This document shows positions 27,801 through 41,524 of a stretch of DNA of 64,000 bases, one piece after another (the stretch's first letter is position 1; the number at the start of each line of letters is the position of its first letter). The notes under the pieces were generated by a model that worked only from the letters and a program-made list of their open reading frames with translations, had not been told where the DNA came from and searched no databases. The stretch comes from Balanoglossus misakiensis. Lineage: Eukaryota > Animalia > Hemichordata. The position numbers and the translations under genes are program-made. Location of the stretch: NCBI GenBank assembly GCA_040954595.2, contig CM082594.2, positions 5,379,319-5,443,318 on the forward strand, read 5' to 3'.

Positions 27801-30800
27801 AAACAGACATTATTACTCCGCCTGTGAGCTATTTCTGTTTATATCCATAGTAAATGTATATGCAAACAACAACAGTACTAAACATCTCGTCAGAGAAGTG
27901 TAAAAACACAAAAATAGTCCTCCATAGAAGTCTGTTTTGAGAAAAAAATAAACTGAGAAAGCATTTGTGTGTATTGTTATATCATGACTAATGGATCTGG
28001 TTAAAATCCGCGATGGGCTGTTCAGTTTTACCATATGTGGACTGCAGCAGCCATGTCCCAATACTACAAAATAAATTGTGAATAACATTTCAAGCCAATG
28101 CGGTTGAAATGATCTCAATTTTTGAAGCCCTTGCATCTTTGAATACACATGTGTGCGTACTTTTGCTCGAAGCAGGCTTGGTCTAGGGTCTATGCTTGGG
28201 CGAACTGTATATGGTAAACACCACATAACAAGGGACAGCCAGTCACATCAGCTGTTTTGCTTGGTAAAAGCCAGCAAATTTTAAGTTATTTTTCATAACT
28301 TATGACGACATTGTCTGACAAGTAAATTCTCCAGTGCACTGAGCCAAAGAGAACATCCGGGTTTTTTCTCTTCCCTGGAGTGACACTTTGACTATGGTGA
28401 CCCCTCCCCAAGGTACCACCTTGTGAACGTCACCCCTCCCCGAGGTGTTGCGTGGCAGAAATTGACCTCTACCCTTCTCCAAGATTCTATCGTCCCAAGC
28501 ATTGCAAATACAGAAGAACACCGCACGTTGGGGGCAGTATACAGCACAACTTTGCTACTGAATACAAGGCTCATCAATACGGTCCACTGACGCATGTCTG
28601 ATGAGCCCCGGACTGACGCACGGGCGGTCAGACGGCCGGAGTACAATCCATTTTTAACCCGAACTCAATCTATGAGGATTAATGGCGAGACGCCGTCGCC
28701 ATAGAAACAAGGACAACACAGAACTGGACTCTGTCATGAGCGAAATTTTGCAAAGAAGGCTTCCGACTTTCGTTATATTATTTCAACGTCTATTTCAAGT
28801 GCACCGCATATAAAACAAGACATGCACTTGGAAATACGGAAAAATACATCAATAATTGAGTAAAATATTGAAATTGGAGAATTTTACATTCTTGAAAGAA
28901 AAGATGGAAAAGCCGCTGTCGTCTGGTGTGGCGGTCACGTGGTATTTGTTATCTATACCTGACAAGGAAATCCAAGCACTCACTTACTGCAATGAATACA
29001 ATTATGATCGGTGTAGACTGATTGATTTCACAAACATCTGTACTCGTGTCAGATGTTCAAAAAACATGGCATAAATAAAAGAGTCATCTTCCAAGGAACA
29101 AGTCAAACTCTTTTTTCAAAATGCAAACAAACACTCCATTTATCGGTGAAATCGAACGGGCCTTTGGAATTTACTTTCATGGAGCCACCCAATAGCGCTA
29201 ATCGACCGTATTACTGCAGGAGACAACTTTGCATGGAAAATTCTAAAAATGCTTAAGCGCCGAAAGTGAAACGTCAATATTGGAAAAAATGTTTTAGTGT
29301 CGTTTAATCCGTAGTACATAATATTATTTCGTATTAATTTTGCTCATTTCTGCGATGACGTGTTTACGGGGCTTGCCCGTTGTGTGGGAGAGTTCCGGGT
29401 CTTTGCTTTTTTGTGTGTTTGCGTAGTTGATGGATAATCGTCGATGCAACTGTGTTGGACAAATTCCCCTATCGGTTTGTGATACGCGCAGTGAAATCAA
29501 TTAGCCGGGAAATCGACACAGTGCGTCTGTGAGAGAGGCAAAGTGACTGTCGAGTGTTTTCTCCCCATTCTTTTGCATAAACAGGACTGCTGTCTATCTG
29601 GCTCTCATCTAAATGCACTAAAGCTGTAACCTCGCGGCGATGACGATGTTAACCCCGTCACATTAGTCCAGACCGCAGAGCACTCGAGAGAGAATCCCGG
29701 TAAATTGCCTACTCGATTAAGAGGAAAGAATCCACGCAAATTACCGTTTTCAGAGTGGCTCGTGAAATCAGCATCGTGTGTAAACGGCGTGTTGATTTCT
29801 TGAAAATCTTTTCATCAACTCTCTGGGCGATTTCAGGGCTGATTGATTCGATATTCTGCGCTTGCTTGAACGTCTTTATGATAAGAACAATCCCTTGTAT
29901 AATCACAGTCCGCATCCTTCAATAGTCATCTCCCTGGCGTTTCTGTAAGTGCTTTTGTCTGACGTGTTGCTTTTTCTGATGTTTTGCTCACATTACTTGC
30001 AGATGATCGTGTGTCACGATGGCATTATTCCCCTCCCGGTACAGGTTTTCAAAACAGGAAATAAAACACTATCAGCAGGGTACAACTAGTTCGTGCACAA
30101 TTATGCACGCGCTGTCCTTGGACACTACGGCGGCCTGGGGACACCCTGCCACAGGATATGTACACATTCACACGCAGATGTGACGTCAACTCTCTGGTAA
30201 TGGAGGGAACTTCGCGAATTATTTTGAATAATGAGTAGCATTTCATGACCAGAAATAGTACTGGAAAGACTACAGGGGTCACAAAGCGAAACTTTTGGGT
30301 GGCATAGACAGACCAGGCCTGTATGAACTACATTGCACACACAGTGTCGACGCACATTGAACACGGGAGTTTCAACCACTGCCCTCTAGACTGTGACTTT
30401 CCTCCGACGAGCCTCGTTCTGAAATCGATCTGCATCTCTTACAAAACAAGGAAGTTTACATAGAAGTAAGTTTCCGGATCAGGTGTTGCCCCGGAGACAT
30501 TGGCATAATGTCATTGATCGTTTCCACTAGAGAACAATGTTGACAGAAAGTCGTCACAAGGCAGTCGGATTATATAAGGCAAATAGATTTTGGAGGAAAT
30601 CTTTACATATTTCATTGATTTTTTTAGCATATGTAAAACTCCATATTGACCTCAAGACAAGAATAATTATTCTCTTTTTTAATTGAACCGGATAAATTTA
30701 ATGAATAAAACACCCAGTCATTTCCTTTTCCTAGAATACCAAAATGATAATAACAATAATTTAGTGTAAGTGTTAGACTTTCATAAAATAACGAAATATA

Positions 30801-33689
30801 GGAGTCACAAGGAAATTATAGGAGTCACAAAGCTGACCCCTTCTAAGGTTTCATTGTCAAGGCACGAGGGTTTTAACTTATAAGGAGATGAGATTCATGA
30901 ATAATTTATACTGAGATGCGGGCAAGCCTGCGAATCCTGATTTCATCAGATGTTTCCATTTTCTATCAAACTGCCGTTCTGGCACATCTTTTCGCAAATA
31001 AGACATCAGAATAACCACATAGGCCCTAATTCTCTGGATATTGACACGTTTTCGAGATGTTACACGCGTGTTACTAAGTACACGAACGCACCATGCCGCA
31101 ACACTATGCGCGTGCACGCACTCACCGCGCATATTTCAAATCGATTGTAACATGATGGGGATGAACCCCCTAACTTCCTGTGCAATTATCGATTAATTCT
31201 TATGTCAAAAGCTGGCTCTGCGTCCCGACTGATTTAGCAGACATGAATCAGTCTGCAGTTAGTAGATAACATTTAGCAGGTTATTACACATGCAATTGAG
31301 CATTTTTATGATTTTTTCCTCAAGTATATTAATATTGACTACCTAGTCACTTCTACTTAACGTTGTGTGTTTAAGCTCGCATTGGTCAAGATTAGACCAA
31401 TACGCGACAGCAAATAATATCAAATTTGAGACTCGCGAATAGTAACTACGGAAACGCTCATTATCCCAAACTTTCTCCACTTTCATTGTGCCGACTTCCA
31501 CCACGGAAACGTGTCCAGTTTCCCACACGTGTTGGCATGGCAACTGATGATTGCACTGGCAACGCCCTCACCTGTACGAAATCTAAAAACGTTATGAGAG
31601 TTCTCTTAGACTACCAGCCATGGAAATGTTACTAGTTTTTATTGTATTCCATATTTCCGTATATGGGCAATTGACTTCCTGTGTTTTTGATTACAGATAA
31701 GCATATTTAATATGGAAATCCTTACTGGCAACTCATTTGAATTTTACAAATTAAGAACAGTGTCCGTCCACAATGTGGAATTTAACAAATGTTCAACGTC
31801 ACAATAGTGGCGAGTTAATCCAGAATAAACTTACAGCACATGTCTAAGAGATTAAGAGAAAGTTTATAATTTGATACATTTCAACTGAGTAAAGATATTA
31901 AGACGCAGACAAGCGGCTAAGACGTCTTGGAGATAAACGTCACAGTCCTCGATGTACATCCAGTCAGTTTGTAACCGAATGCCATCCGACACGCGTCTAG
32001 TTATGTACACTGCAGACTCCACGGAGGTGCGCGATATGTTTACCGTTCTTTGTGGTGTGTACACACACTTAATGTGAAAGTATAGCCTATGCTTTTAATG
32101 CGTGCCACAGTTTACAGAATATGTAAACAAAAAAGAAATCCATACGATCCTATCAGCAGACATCATGCAATGTGTCCCAGGCTTAACTTTAATGGCAATT
32201 TTAAACACGTTTAGTAAACGCGGCTATTTCATTTGGAATACATATATAAATCCTCGGTCTCTTTAAGTGGGTTTCTATTCCTCGAATAAATCGATACGCT
32301 TTTGGATTACAGCCTATACAAATTAACAGCACCCACACTTTAGTCGCAAAAAGCGTGGAAAGGTTTCTTAAGACAGATTTCAGGTGTCAGCAGACCCGTC
32401 AAAAGCCGAGATATTACCGCGTTTTGACGTTTGCACTCTGGATCGGCGGCGTTATCTCTGCTGGGGAAATAGACTTTACATCGCGTTTTGTGGAGACGGC
32501 ACCCGATAGCAGGCTCCACTCCACCAACAAATACTCGCTTCAAACACCTGCAAATTAAGAGGGCCGGAGATAAAAACGCTTTACAAAAAGAGACTACACC
32601 TGAATCAACGCAACGCGTTTGTGTTAGGTGATATGCAAATTAGGCTGCATTTAATATCGGCGGAGAGATTGCGTTATTGACGAGTAGGGAGTTGAAGGTA
32701 TATATGATCGGACTTAATGGAACGCGCAATAGAGGCAAATAAGATATACCGCTTCTCCGAATGTGATGTGTCTTCGGCAATATAGGTTTTGATTCAAGTC
32801 TTTATCATGGCCATTTGTTCCGTTTGTCCCGCGTTGCATTTAGTAGTAAAGTTCTTTCCAAATTGATCACCTTTTATCACGCCCAATCCAATCATTTTCT
32901 ATTTTTTTGAAGTCAAAACTTTTGTTAGAAGTTGCACTGCCCGAAATCCAGCATTTGATTCAGAAATTGCCGTGAATAGGAATGACTTTAGAGACACAAT
33001 TTTTGCTTATCATTTTGGACTACAATTAGTTGAGGAATGCCACAAATAAAAGCAAAATTGAGATGAAATTAAAGTTTTATTCAGTTTATCAATATATTTG
33101 TTAGACAGACTGACTATACATGTATATAACATACATGTGTATTTTAAATATAGGCTACTCTTGCGTGATCTTGCTGATAAACGCAATCGCTTACTTTTGA
33201 AGCCTAATATTATGTCCACTTTAAAATAATTGTTACGAGTGAAAAAGAATCACATATACTGATGATGACCTATGCGTACTTGTATCGGTTTGTATCTACA
33301 TGTATATCTATCAATTTATTCCGAAAGTGGCCTGTATAGCCAGCCTCGTTCGGCACCGTACCGTGCCACGCAGCCATGCTAGCGTAATCGTTGTATACGT
33401 TGTATAGCCTGCGGCACAGAAAACAGTTATCGATTTGAATAAAGAGAAAAGACGGGAACGAGGTGCCGTGTAAGTCAATCTTCTTAGCCGACATAATTGC
33501 ATCTCGATTCACCGAATCAATTGTTGAGCCGCAATAACACAAGACCTATAAAATATCGCGCCGCTGTACATCTTGAACCGAATCGATAAATTTTGTACCG
33601 GAGGAACTTGGAAGCCCCTGTGCAGCCTGCATGGATGTCGACGAGCTTGATATTAAACAAATGATGGCATTAGCTGGTTTACCGCTACC

Positions 33690-33983
33690 ATCTCTCTCAA
33701 GCACCCCCTTCCCTCTGTACTATCTCGCCTCCCTCCATCTCTCCCCGGTCTCTCTCCTTACGCTCTCTTTTCCTCTCTTCCTCTCTCTTTCCCTCGCTCT
33801 CTCCCTTTCTCCCCTTGTCTCCCTCCCTACCGCTCTCATCTCTCCCCTCTCATCTCTCCCCTCTCCCTCTCCCTCTCCCTCTCTCTCTCTCCTCCCCCTC
33901 CCTTTTAATCGAAGTTAGGAGACTGTTCATCAGCCTGATCATTCACACATTTATTTCTATTTTTCTCCCTCTCTCTCTCTCTC
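33690..33983. repeat. Long CT-rich polypyrimidine low-complexity tract
   Basis: Almost purine-free from about 33735 to 33906, with a second (CT)n run at about 33960-33984. Confidence 0.9.
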
Positions 33984-36900
33984 TGCAGATGACAGACCTT
34001 ATTAAGCTTCACTCACTGCATTGAACGCCGGGAATCTACCCTATTCCTGTGAATCGTCGGTTTTTAATACGTCCAATCCACGACCGTGGTGATATTTCAA
34101 TCGATTCCATTAAAGAACACAATAGCACACTCCGCCGACAACCATTGACATACTACCTATCGTTGACACCCAATGATGAACGAAAACTATTAACATAGTC
34201 CTTGTGGTATTTACTGTAAAATGCTAATTTTACTTTACTTTTGCACTTATTCCATCCAAATTGTTTCAGGCAGTAAATCCTTTCCCGCGGAAATCCGTGG
34301 CGAGAAACGATTCAACCCGTGAGCGTGAGTGGGAGTGGAATCACTGACGAAGGCCAACTTCAAGTTGATGAATAATGCCTTCATCTCCGCTCTTCGTTTC
34401 TTAGAATCTATTTTTCTTCCGTTTTTTTCTTTTCTGAGATATTTCTTGTGGAAACCATATCCGGTAGCAGTCCCTACCATTGTTATCTCAAAATTAAGCC
34501 CGGAAAAGTTTAAAGTTGGGAAAAACAGTACGTCTTTGTTACAGCCGCCAAATATTCCTATTGCCAAGTGCTCACTACATCCAAGAACAACAGAAACTCG
34601 TGTCCTCGACACCAACTCGAAAAATACTTTCCCTTCTAATCATATGCAATGAGCCGCAATATAAGCAATAAAACCATACAAGATGGCGGACTATTGATAA
34701 ACTGGTCAAAAGAACCAGTCAGGGAATTGGTGATGGGGATTGGCTGAAAGGATGCGAATGCATTGCTCCACTGATCACAAGCGTCGGTGCCTGGAACACA
34801 GGGATGGGATGGGTGTACCAACATCATGCAAACTCGTGCAACAACAGAAACGCTTAAAGAGAGTCGCTGATTGACTTAAGTAGCGTTCGGCAGACTTAGA
34901 CATGCCTGGACACACACAGTGATTGCCATTACTGCAGAAGGGCAGCAGATTTGATATCGCTTTCAGAAATTTGTGCTAACGTTGGCTACAATTTTACACC
35001 GTTCTACTCCGCCCTAAGGCCTGTTGAAATCTCCAGTTTGCCAAGACAACATGTATATCCACAGCCTATCATTATCGTGGCGGCTAAGTTAACAGATAAT
35101 TTCATGCGTCAACAATAATAGCATTTCTTGCATATGACTGTGTTTGCAAGTCAAGTGTACGTGTCATTTCAAAACAACGATAAACTGTAAGTTGTTGACG
35201 TACAGGACGGTTACATATAAGACGGCAGATTGAACACATTCGACGAAAGTCGCGTCGATAGTAGAGCGTCGCAGCGATTGTATATTAAACAAATTATCAC
35301 CCGGACTGCCATCTCATGAACTTGTTCTTATTTTCCGATCCTTGCCAGAAAAATTACGGGTCAACATATCAACAGCATGGCTGTATGCAGAGCGTAGCGG
35401 ATATTTCTTTGTTAACACAACACGCAATTATATTCTAATAATATCAATTTCGTTTCCCAACCCGCGGTATTGAATTTTCAAAGCTGCCCCAACATAACCG
35501 TTTGGAACCGGCGTATGAGAAGAATGATTATTTGTCAGATCAATCACCCACCAAAGTCTCCTGAAAGATATCTCAATTTGTCAAAATTTGACCCGAAATT
35601 CGTGCTCAGGTCTAGATCAGCACAGAATGCGATTTGTCCGCCAAAGGAAGGCCGTTCCGAGCCCTTTTCACGTTCAGTGCAGACTTTTGAAAAGCGGTCT
35701 TTGAATGCGCGTTTATCGACCACACTCAGGTTATTTACTCGCCTAATGGCTATCTGCATTTTCGAGTTTAGGTTTATAAAAATTAGTCAATAAATTCATT
35801 AAAAGCAAATCCGCGGATTATGGAGAATGTTTATTCAGATCCGCAATTTAGGAAGTCCTCGCGGAAATTACTACTTACGGTGGGTGTAATCTATCGCTTC
35901 CGTCGCCACTCGCTATACCAACTCAACGAAACACGGCCTCGGGGACGCTGACCGAAAGTGAGCGTTGTCGGAGCTCTTGACAGCCGCCGAAAAAAAATTC
36001 AACTCGTTTCGTCATTTGTGACTAATATTGACAATTACAGTCCATTTCGTCTCAAATCATGCGGAGGAAAATCAGTAACTTTTTTGTTGAAACGTCGGGG
36101 GAATGTCATGTTCGAATTTCGGGGCGGGTTGAAACCACTGACGGAATTAATGAGGAAGTGAGGTGGACCAATGACATTGACGGATTGGCGGATATTTTCA
36201 TATCAGGTTGCCCTGTTTGCGTGTGTCTAGCCCACCCATTTGATTTTTCAACAATAGCGCGTTTAAAATTAAGGTAATAGAAAACAATTAACATTTTCTT
36301 TGCCATGGCACAAAACAATGCCGAAATTCCATTTCTCGGCCATTAAGTAGTATCGATTGGAAGGACCGGAGCTTTTGCAGTCGTGTGGAGATTTTTACAC
36401 ATCACTATTATGCATGCATATTAAGCGGTTATTTAGCCGCTGGAATCGATGCAGACGACAACTGTGACAGCGGGTTCGGTGTTCTTCAGAGGGGCGGCAG
36501 ACGCAGGGAACTCCTGTACAGTTTTGAAGCACCAGGCCTGGTGAACATTCAGCCGGTTCGTCAGCTTTTTTGTGGGTAGAAGTCTCGCCAACAACCAAGT
36601 ACTGATATGATGCGCTTGAACCAGTGACAACCAACTTTTGTTCATGACAAGAGCGTTAAAAGTTGGCCCGTTCCTGTCTTGAGCGAAGTTAATTTTTCGA
36701 CGGAAGAAATTTTCAAGTTTACCAGATACGGGAGGTCGGCGAGGAACTACAGACGCCGCCGTCAGCTCTAAGTACGGGTCCGCACTGCACTTTTTAACCT
36801 ACTGTACTTCATAAACAACATCGAGAAGACAGAAGACTATCGTTTGTTCCTAAATTCTGCTGTTTTTTCTAGCATGCATTCGGACAACTTGGCGTCATCA

Positions 36901-37008
36901 CCCTTCTAGGTTGACCAAGCAAGGCAACTGAAGACCTCAAGAATCCAGCTTTTGACATTGCCAGAGGACATATTTCCGAAATTCGAACAGACGACAATTT
37001 TTGACAAA

Positions 37009-37384
37009 ATGAGCATCGACGTGCCAAGTTCATCGTCTGCATTCTCTCCCCTGACTTCCTCCTCTCACGGCGGAGGCGCGGCCGCCAGCAACGACAGACA
37101 AGAACCTGACGACAAGCCGAACTTCTCTATAGACAGCATCTTGAACTGTCATGCAGACAAGTCTCCCAACAGTGACAATGAAGCTAGCACGAGTACCACC
37201 AGCCCCGAGGTGCTGATCCGACCGACCACCATAGTAAGCGGTATGAACAGTATAAGCTCCATGCCGTCGGTCACAAATTACACGTACGCTGCGCCAAGCT
37301 ATGCTTATAACTATGGCAACCAAGCAATCGGCAGTTGGCCATCTTGGATCTACGCCACCAGGTACACCAGGCCCCCTCTACCAG
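37009..37384 (+). CDS. Nedx: Nedx (lms-like) homeobox gene, coding exon 1 (eh1 and EH2-like motif)
   Basis: First in-frame ATG at 37009 in context AAAATGA (the ORF track starts at an upstream TTG). eh1 motif NFSIDSIL and WPSWIYATRYTRPPLPG. Consensus donor CAG|GTAAGT, phase 1, compatible with the next exon. Confidence 0.85.
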
Positions 37385-39371
37385 GTAAGTTCAAAGTGAA
37401 CACACATTTTGTACATATAAATAATAATAAATTCCAACACTGTACAATATTTTGACATGAATACATCATAGTGCTGCAAGCTTATTTTCTTGACTTCCAT
37501 CAGTAAGGTTGTGACTGGTTTAATTGGGTGCTATGATCGACGATTAACCCACTGTTGCAGAAATTTGTAGATGACAAATCAGCAATGCGAAAACCAGTGA
37601 CAGAGCAGGTTTGAAACGGTAATTCATCTGAGAACCGATACTGAAGTCATAATACAGATTAGACGGTAAAAATCCAGTGATTTTCAACGACTGACGTGCA
37701 ACAAATTAAAGCTAGTTGCGTTTAAATTCAAAAACTAGTACTATACATGGATTTGTCGTCATCATTTAGGAGACAACAACCAAACTCTCAAAACTAAGCT
37801 TTTTAAATTCCATCAGTGGTAATTTCCTACTCGGCGGAATCGTTTTCCAAAAAAGCTAGACTCGGTTGTTAGATTTTAGTTTATTATGGTCATGGTGCAC
37901 TTGTTAGCTGAGAAGTTAACCTTCGGGATTCTTTTAAAGTTTGATTGTTGGTCTCAAGAAAGTGAAACTTTCCTTTAAAACAAGTTCTAGTCTTTGTCTT
38001 TTGGACAGCATTTCCACAGCAGAATAATCGGTTCGTCAAATTTTCATCGGTGAGTTTCATTTTCGCGAATAGAGCGCGGATAGCTTTCCCCATGTTCCGA
38101 GCGCGCGCCAGATTTACTGTCGAAATACTGGTAGACGATTTTCACCGTGACAATTTCTTTCCTCGGGGCGTTTTATTTTTTTATAATTCTAACCTCTTTT
38201 ATCAGCGGTGTGCCACGGCGTTGCTAAAAATCACATCATCTACTAAAACGTTGCTAAATTTTACAGACGTCCGCCAAATTGGTGACAAAAGAGATCCCGA
38301 CATTTTCATTCAACCTTCTTGAATTTTACGAATGGTTGCAGAATAAGCCATTCGCAACTATCGGTATTTTTAAAGGTTTTTCTGGTACAATTGGGTCACC
38401 GGGAAATATGCGCCTTATTCAAATTGTCGTTCGCGGAAACATTCTAATGGCAAACTTTAGATATGGGGAAAGTAGCACTACGGTATCAAGTGATTTTTGG
38501 CCACATCTTTGTAACGGTGTTATTTTCACACCTTTATAACAAGTTATTGACAATTTGTCACGAGTTATGTTCACGTAAATACGTTCCGTGTTTGGCTTTA
38601 ATCATGATACTGACCAACAAAATGATAAGACATTAGAAGTGATTTTATTCTGGCGCCAAAATGGGAAAATGTAGAACATGAGTTTGCTTTCGCCTGTCAG
38701 CAATATTGTTAGTAAAAATAATGACATTTTCATTTACACTAGGGCGGAATTTCAGCCTGAGAAACATAACGATTGTGACATCTCATATTTGATCTGCGAG
38801 AGTGAGAGGAGGTTGCCAATGTCTCGCGCTGCTGTTTTAAATGCATGTCGGGGAACAGAAGACCCGCTTGAATAAACGCCATTTTGTGAGAAACTGTCTT
38901 TACGCTGTCAACTCTCTTGGGTGATGAAAGTTGGCTCTCTGTCAAGGGTTTATTAGTTTTTCATCGCCTGGGAGTCCAGACACGTGTTGTGTACAGAGAG
39001 ACGGGTCAAACACTTCCAGAAAAAAAACACTCGTCGGCGAATAAAAAGAAAACACGACATCTACATGCCCAGCAGCTTATTTTTGTCAATTTAAGTTATT
39101 GTATGACACCGAGAATTCCGTTTTCTAAGATTGCTTAACACAGTTATATGCACGTCAACATGCTGGGTAGACTATCAATGGAGTGGTATTTTCCGATAGT
39201 TTATCCGTTATCATTGATTTTTGCCTAGTGTGTGTAATTACATATTGTTCTGTGCATGTATTTAGCGGTAAACATCTGCCTTTTATGGTGGTTTCATTGG
39301 GAAAGGCACCAAATAAGCTATTTGTCTTCAAGACCTCTTAAGTGGCATTCGATTCGGATGACCTTCCGCGG

Positions 39372-39429
39372 CTCTTTCTCTCCCTCTCTCCCTCCCTCTT
39401 TCCCTCTCCCTCTCTCTCTCTCCCTCTTT
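39372..39429. repeat. CT-rich polypyrimidine tract in Nedx intron 1
   Basis: Purine-free run of about 58 nt. Confidence 0.9.
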
Positions 39430-41325
39430 ACACTTTAGTCACATTACCTTGTTATTGTTGTTTATGTTGTTGTTTAGGGTGTCGAGGACGTGCGACCAAA
39501 ATCACTTTCCTTCAGACTGACTTCAACTTTACACATAAAACCAATCAAGAGATTACAGTTAGATTATTTTTCAATGTTAATAACAGAAAGGTCATATTAG
39601 ACCACAGGTGTTTGGTTCCTAAAGTGTGTAAAGCTGTATTTTATGTTTTTGAAGATAGAATGATACCAAATTGATGAGATATTAGAGCGGAGATGATTGT
39701 TTCTATTGTATTCACCTGGTCTAAAAAAGGATAAAATTGGGGAAATGGCGGACAGACACATTTTAGACGATTGGCGTTTGAAAGGTTTCGGTTCGACCGT
39801 CGGACGGAATTCCTGAGTGAATATGCGTTCGGATTTTCAAAAGTTGCGCATCCACTGCGCAAAGTCTCATTGCTATAAAGGTGTTTCTGTTTATTTTGAC
39901 TATAACTGCGGGTCGCAGTTAACATTTCGACTTCTGTAGTCTCAACTGCGGCGAGATAGGGAGCCCTTCCAAGCGCACCCCCTCCCCGGGAGCCAGAGAA
40001 CGGCAGCATATGGCAGATCGCTCACAAAGAGAGTCTATTCTGCCTAGCGGAGGCTTTTGGAAGTGCGTGTAAATAATTCATTGTCCGTTTTGTGCGCAGT
40101 CTTATGCTTCCAACAATTAAAGTCTTAATACTTTGAATGGGTCTTTATGATCAAAATAACACAACTTTAAGACTGTGTAAAATGGATATAGAATTCTGTT
40201 GTCTTCGCGAATCGTTCGATATCTCTGGCGTGTAAAAGCGCCATATACCGCTCTGTGTTTTCAGCGAAGCGGTCTTCTGAATGCGCCGAGCACGAAATGC
40301 GTTTGAAATGCCGGAGCAGTTTGAAAAACACCGAGAAAACGGTTTAATTCATACCTGTGAAATGTAGAAGAGAAAGAAGTCTGAAAACGGGAGAAAACAT
40401 ATCTTTGGGATCCGTCAGAAGATTAAGGCGACGACACAAAGTGTTCATGCCAGTGGCAAACTTGATCGATTTTCCGTTTGAAAGCGCGGCGTGTTCCCCC
40501 GCACCGAGTCTCTCGCTCACCAGACATTGATCCCGGCGTCCCGGTAAAACCAAATTAATTTTAATCGCAGATGTCAGATAAAAAATATAAAACCTTCGAT
40601 TTTAACGCGGAGAAAAGATGCCCCCAAAGAAAAGTGAGAATTTTCAATTAAAGCTTAGAGCCTGGGCTGACAACAGACGGATTAACACTTTATTGGCCAA
40701 ATCGCTTTTATAGACCTCGTTTGAGAATTTGATTTTTGTAAGCGATAGTTGATCCCGTTTCGCTCCGGTGAGATAATTCAAAACCATGCCTAATTCTGCA
40801 AAAGCATGTCCTTAAAACTGTAACGTTAAATGATTTCAGGATATCAATTCCTGACTCAAAAGTTTACGGTCATGTGACTGTTACTTGACAACCTGCCACT
40901 TGGTGACTGATGGCAACAGACTTAGCCCCACTTAAAACTTGTGACAAATATCAAATTCTTGAAAATTAAAATCGTTGAAGTGTGCCACGCTGACTGGTTC
41001 ATATCCCGAAGCGGGACTTCATTAAACTCGAAGTAACAAGTAAAAGAGAATTGACTTTTTTTCCACTCTGTAACCTAGACGAAAAATCGGGAAAACGTTC
41101 AGACGATCATAAAACCAGAATGAAATATCCTCGAGAAAAATTTACAAAATCGCCCCTAAACTTTCCAGTTTGACCGCCTATTAAAATCTACAATACTTCA
41201 ATGCCATTTTTTAAAATGAGTTATGTTTGGTTGCAATTGATGAAATCAAGGTTTACTCGCCTCGTATCTTTCTATGTAAGACTTTCACTTGTATTAAAAT
41301 ATCATTTGTGATATTCCACCCGCAG

Positions 41326-41524
41326 GTCACAAACCGTTGGGCCGCCGTCCACGGAAACCGGGAGTCGACCGAAAACCTCGACAAGCCTACTCGTCCAAGC
41401 AGTTGGAACGCCTGGAGGACGAATTCAAAAAGGACAAATACCTCAGCGTAAGCAAGCGGTTGGAACTCTCCATGGCGTTGAATCTGACGGAAACACAGAT
41501 AAAGACCTGGTTTCAGAATCGGAG
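41326..41524 (+). CDS. Nedx: Nedx homeobox gene, coding exon 2 (linker and homeodomain to residue 53)
   Basis: Acceptor ccacccgcAG|GT. Encodes (G)HKPLGRRPRKPGVDRKPRQAYSSKQLERLEDEFKKDKYLSVSKRLELSMALNLTETQIKTWFQNR(R). PGVDRKPRQAYS and DKYLSVSKR are characteristic of the Nedx/lms family as I recall it. Donor AG|GTGAGT, phase 2. Confidence 0.92.

Noticed and set aside
33631-34024. Leu/Ser/Pro-rich ORFs
   Set aside because: Translation of the CT low-complexity tract.
37009-37384. Second engrailed/invected paralog, suggested by eh1 and the EH2-like motif
   Set aside because: The in-phase downstream homeodomain is Nedx-type (RKPRQAYS...KYLSVSKR...WFQNRRTKWKK), not En-type.
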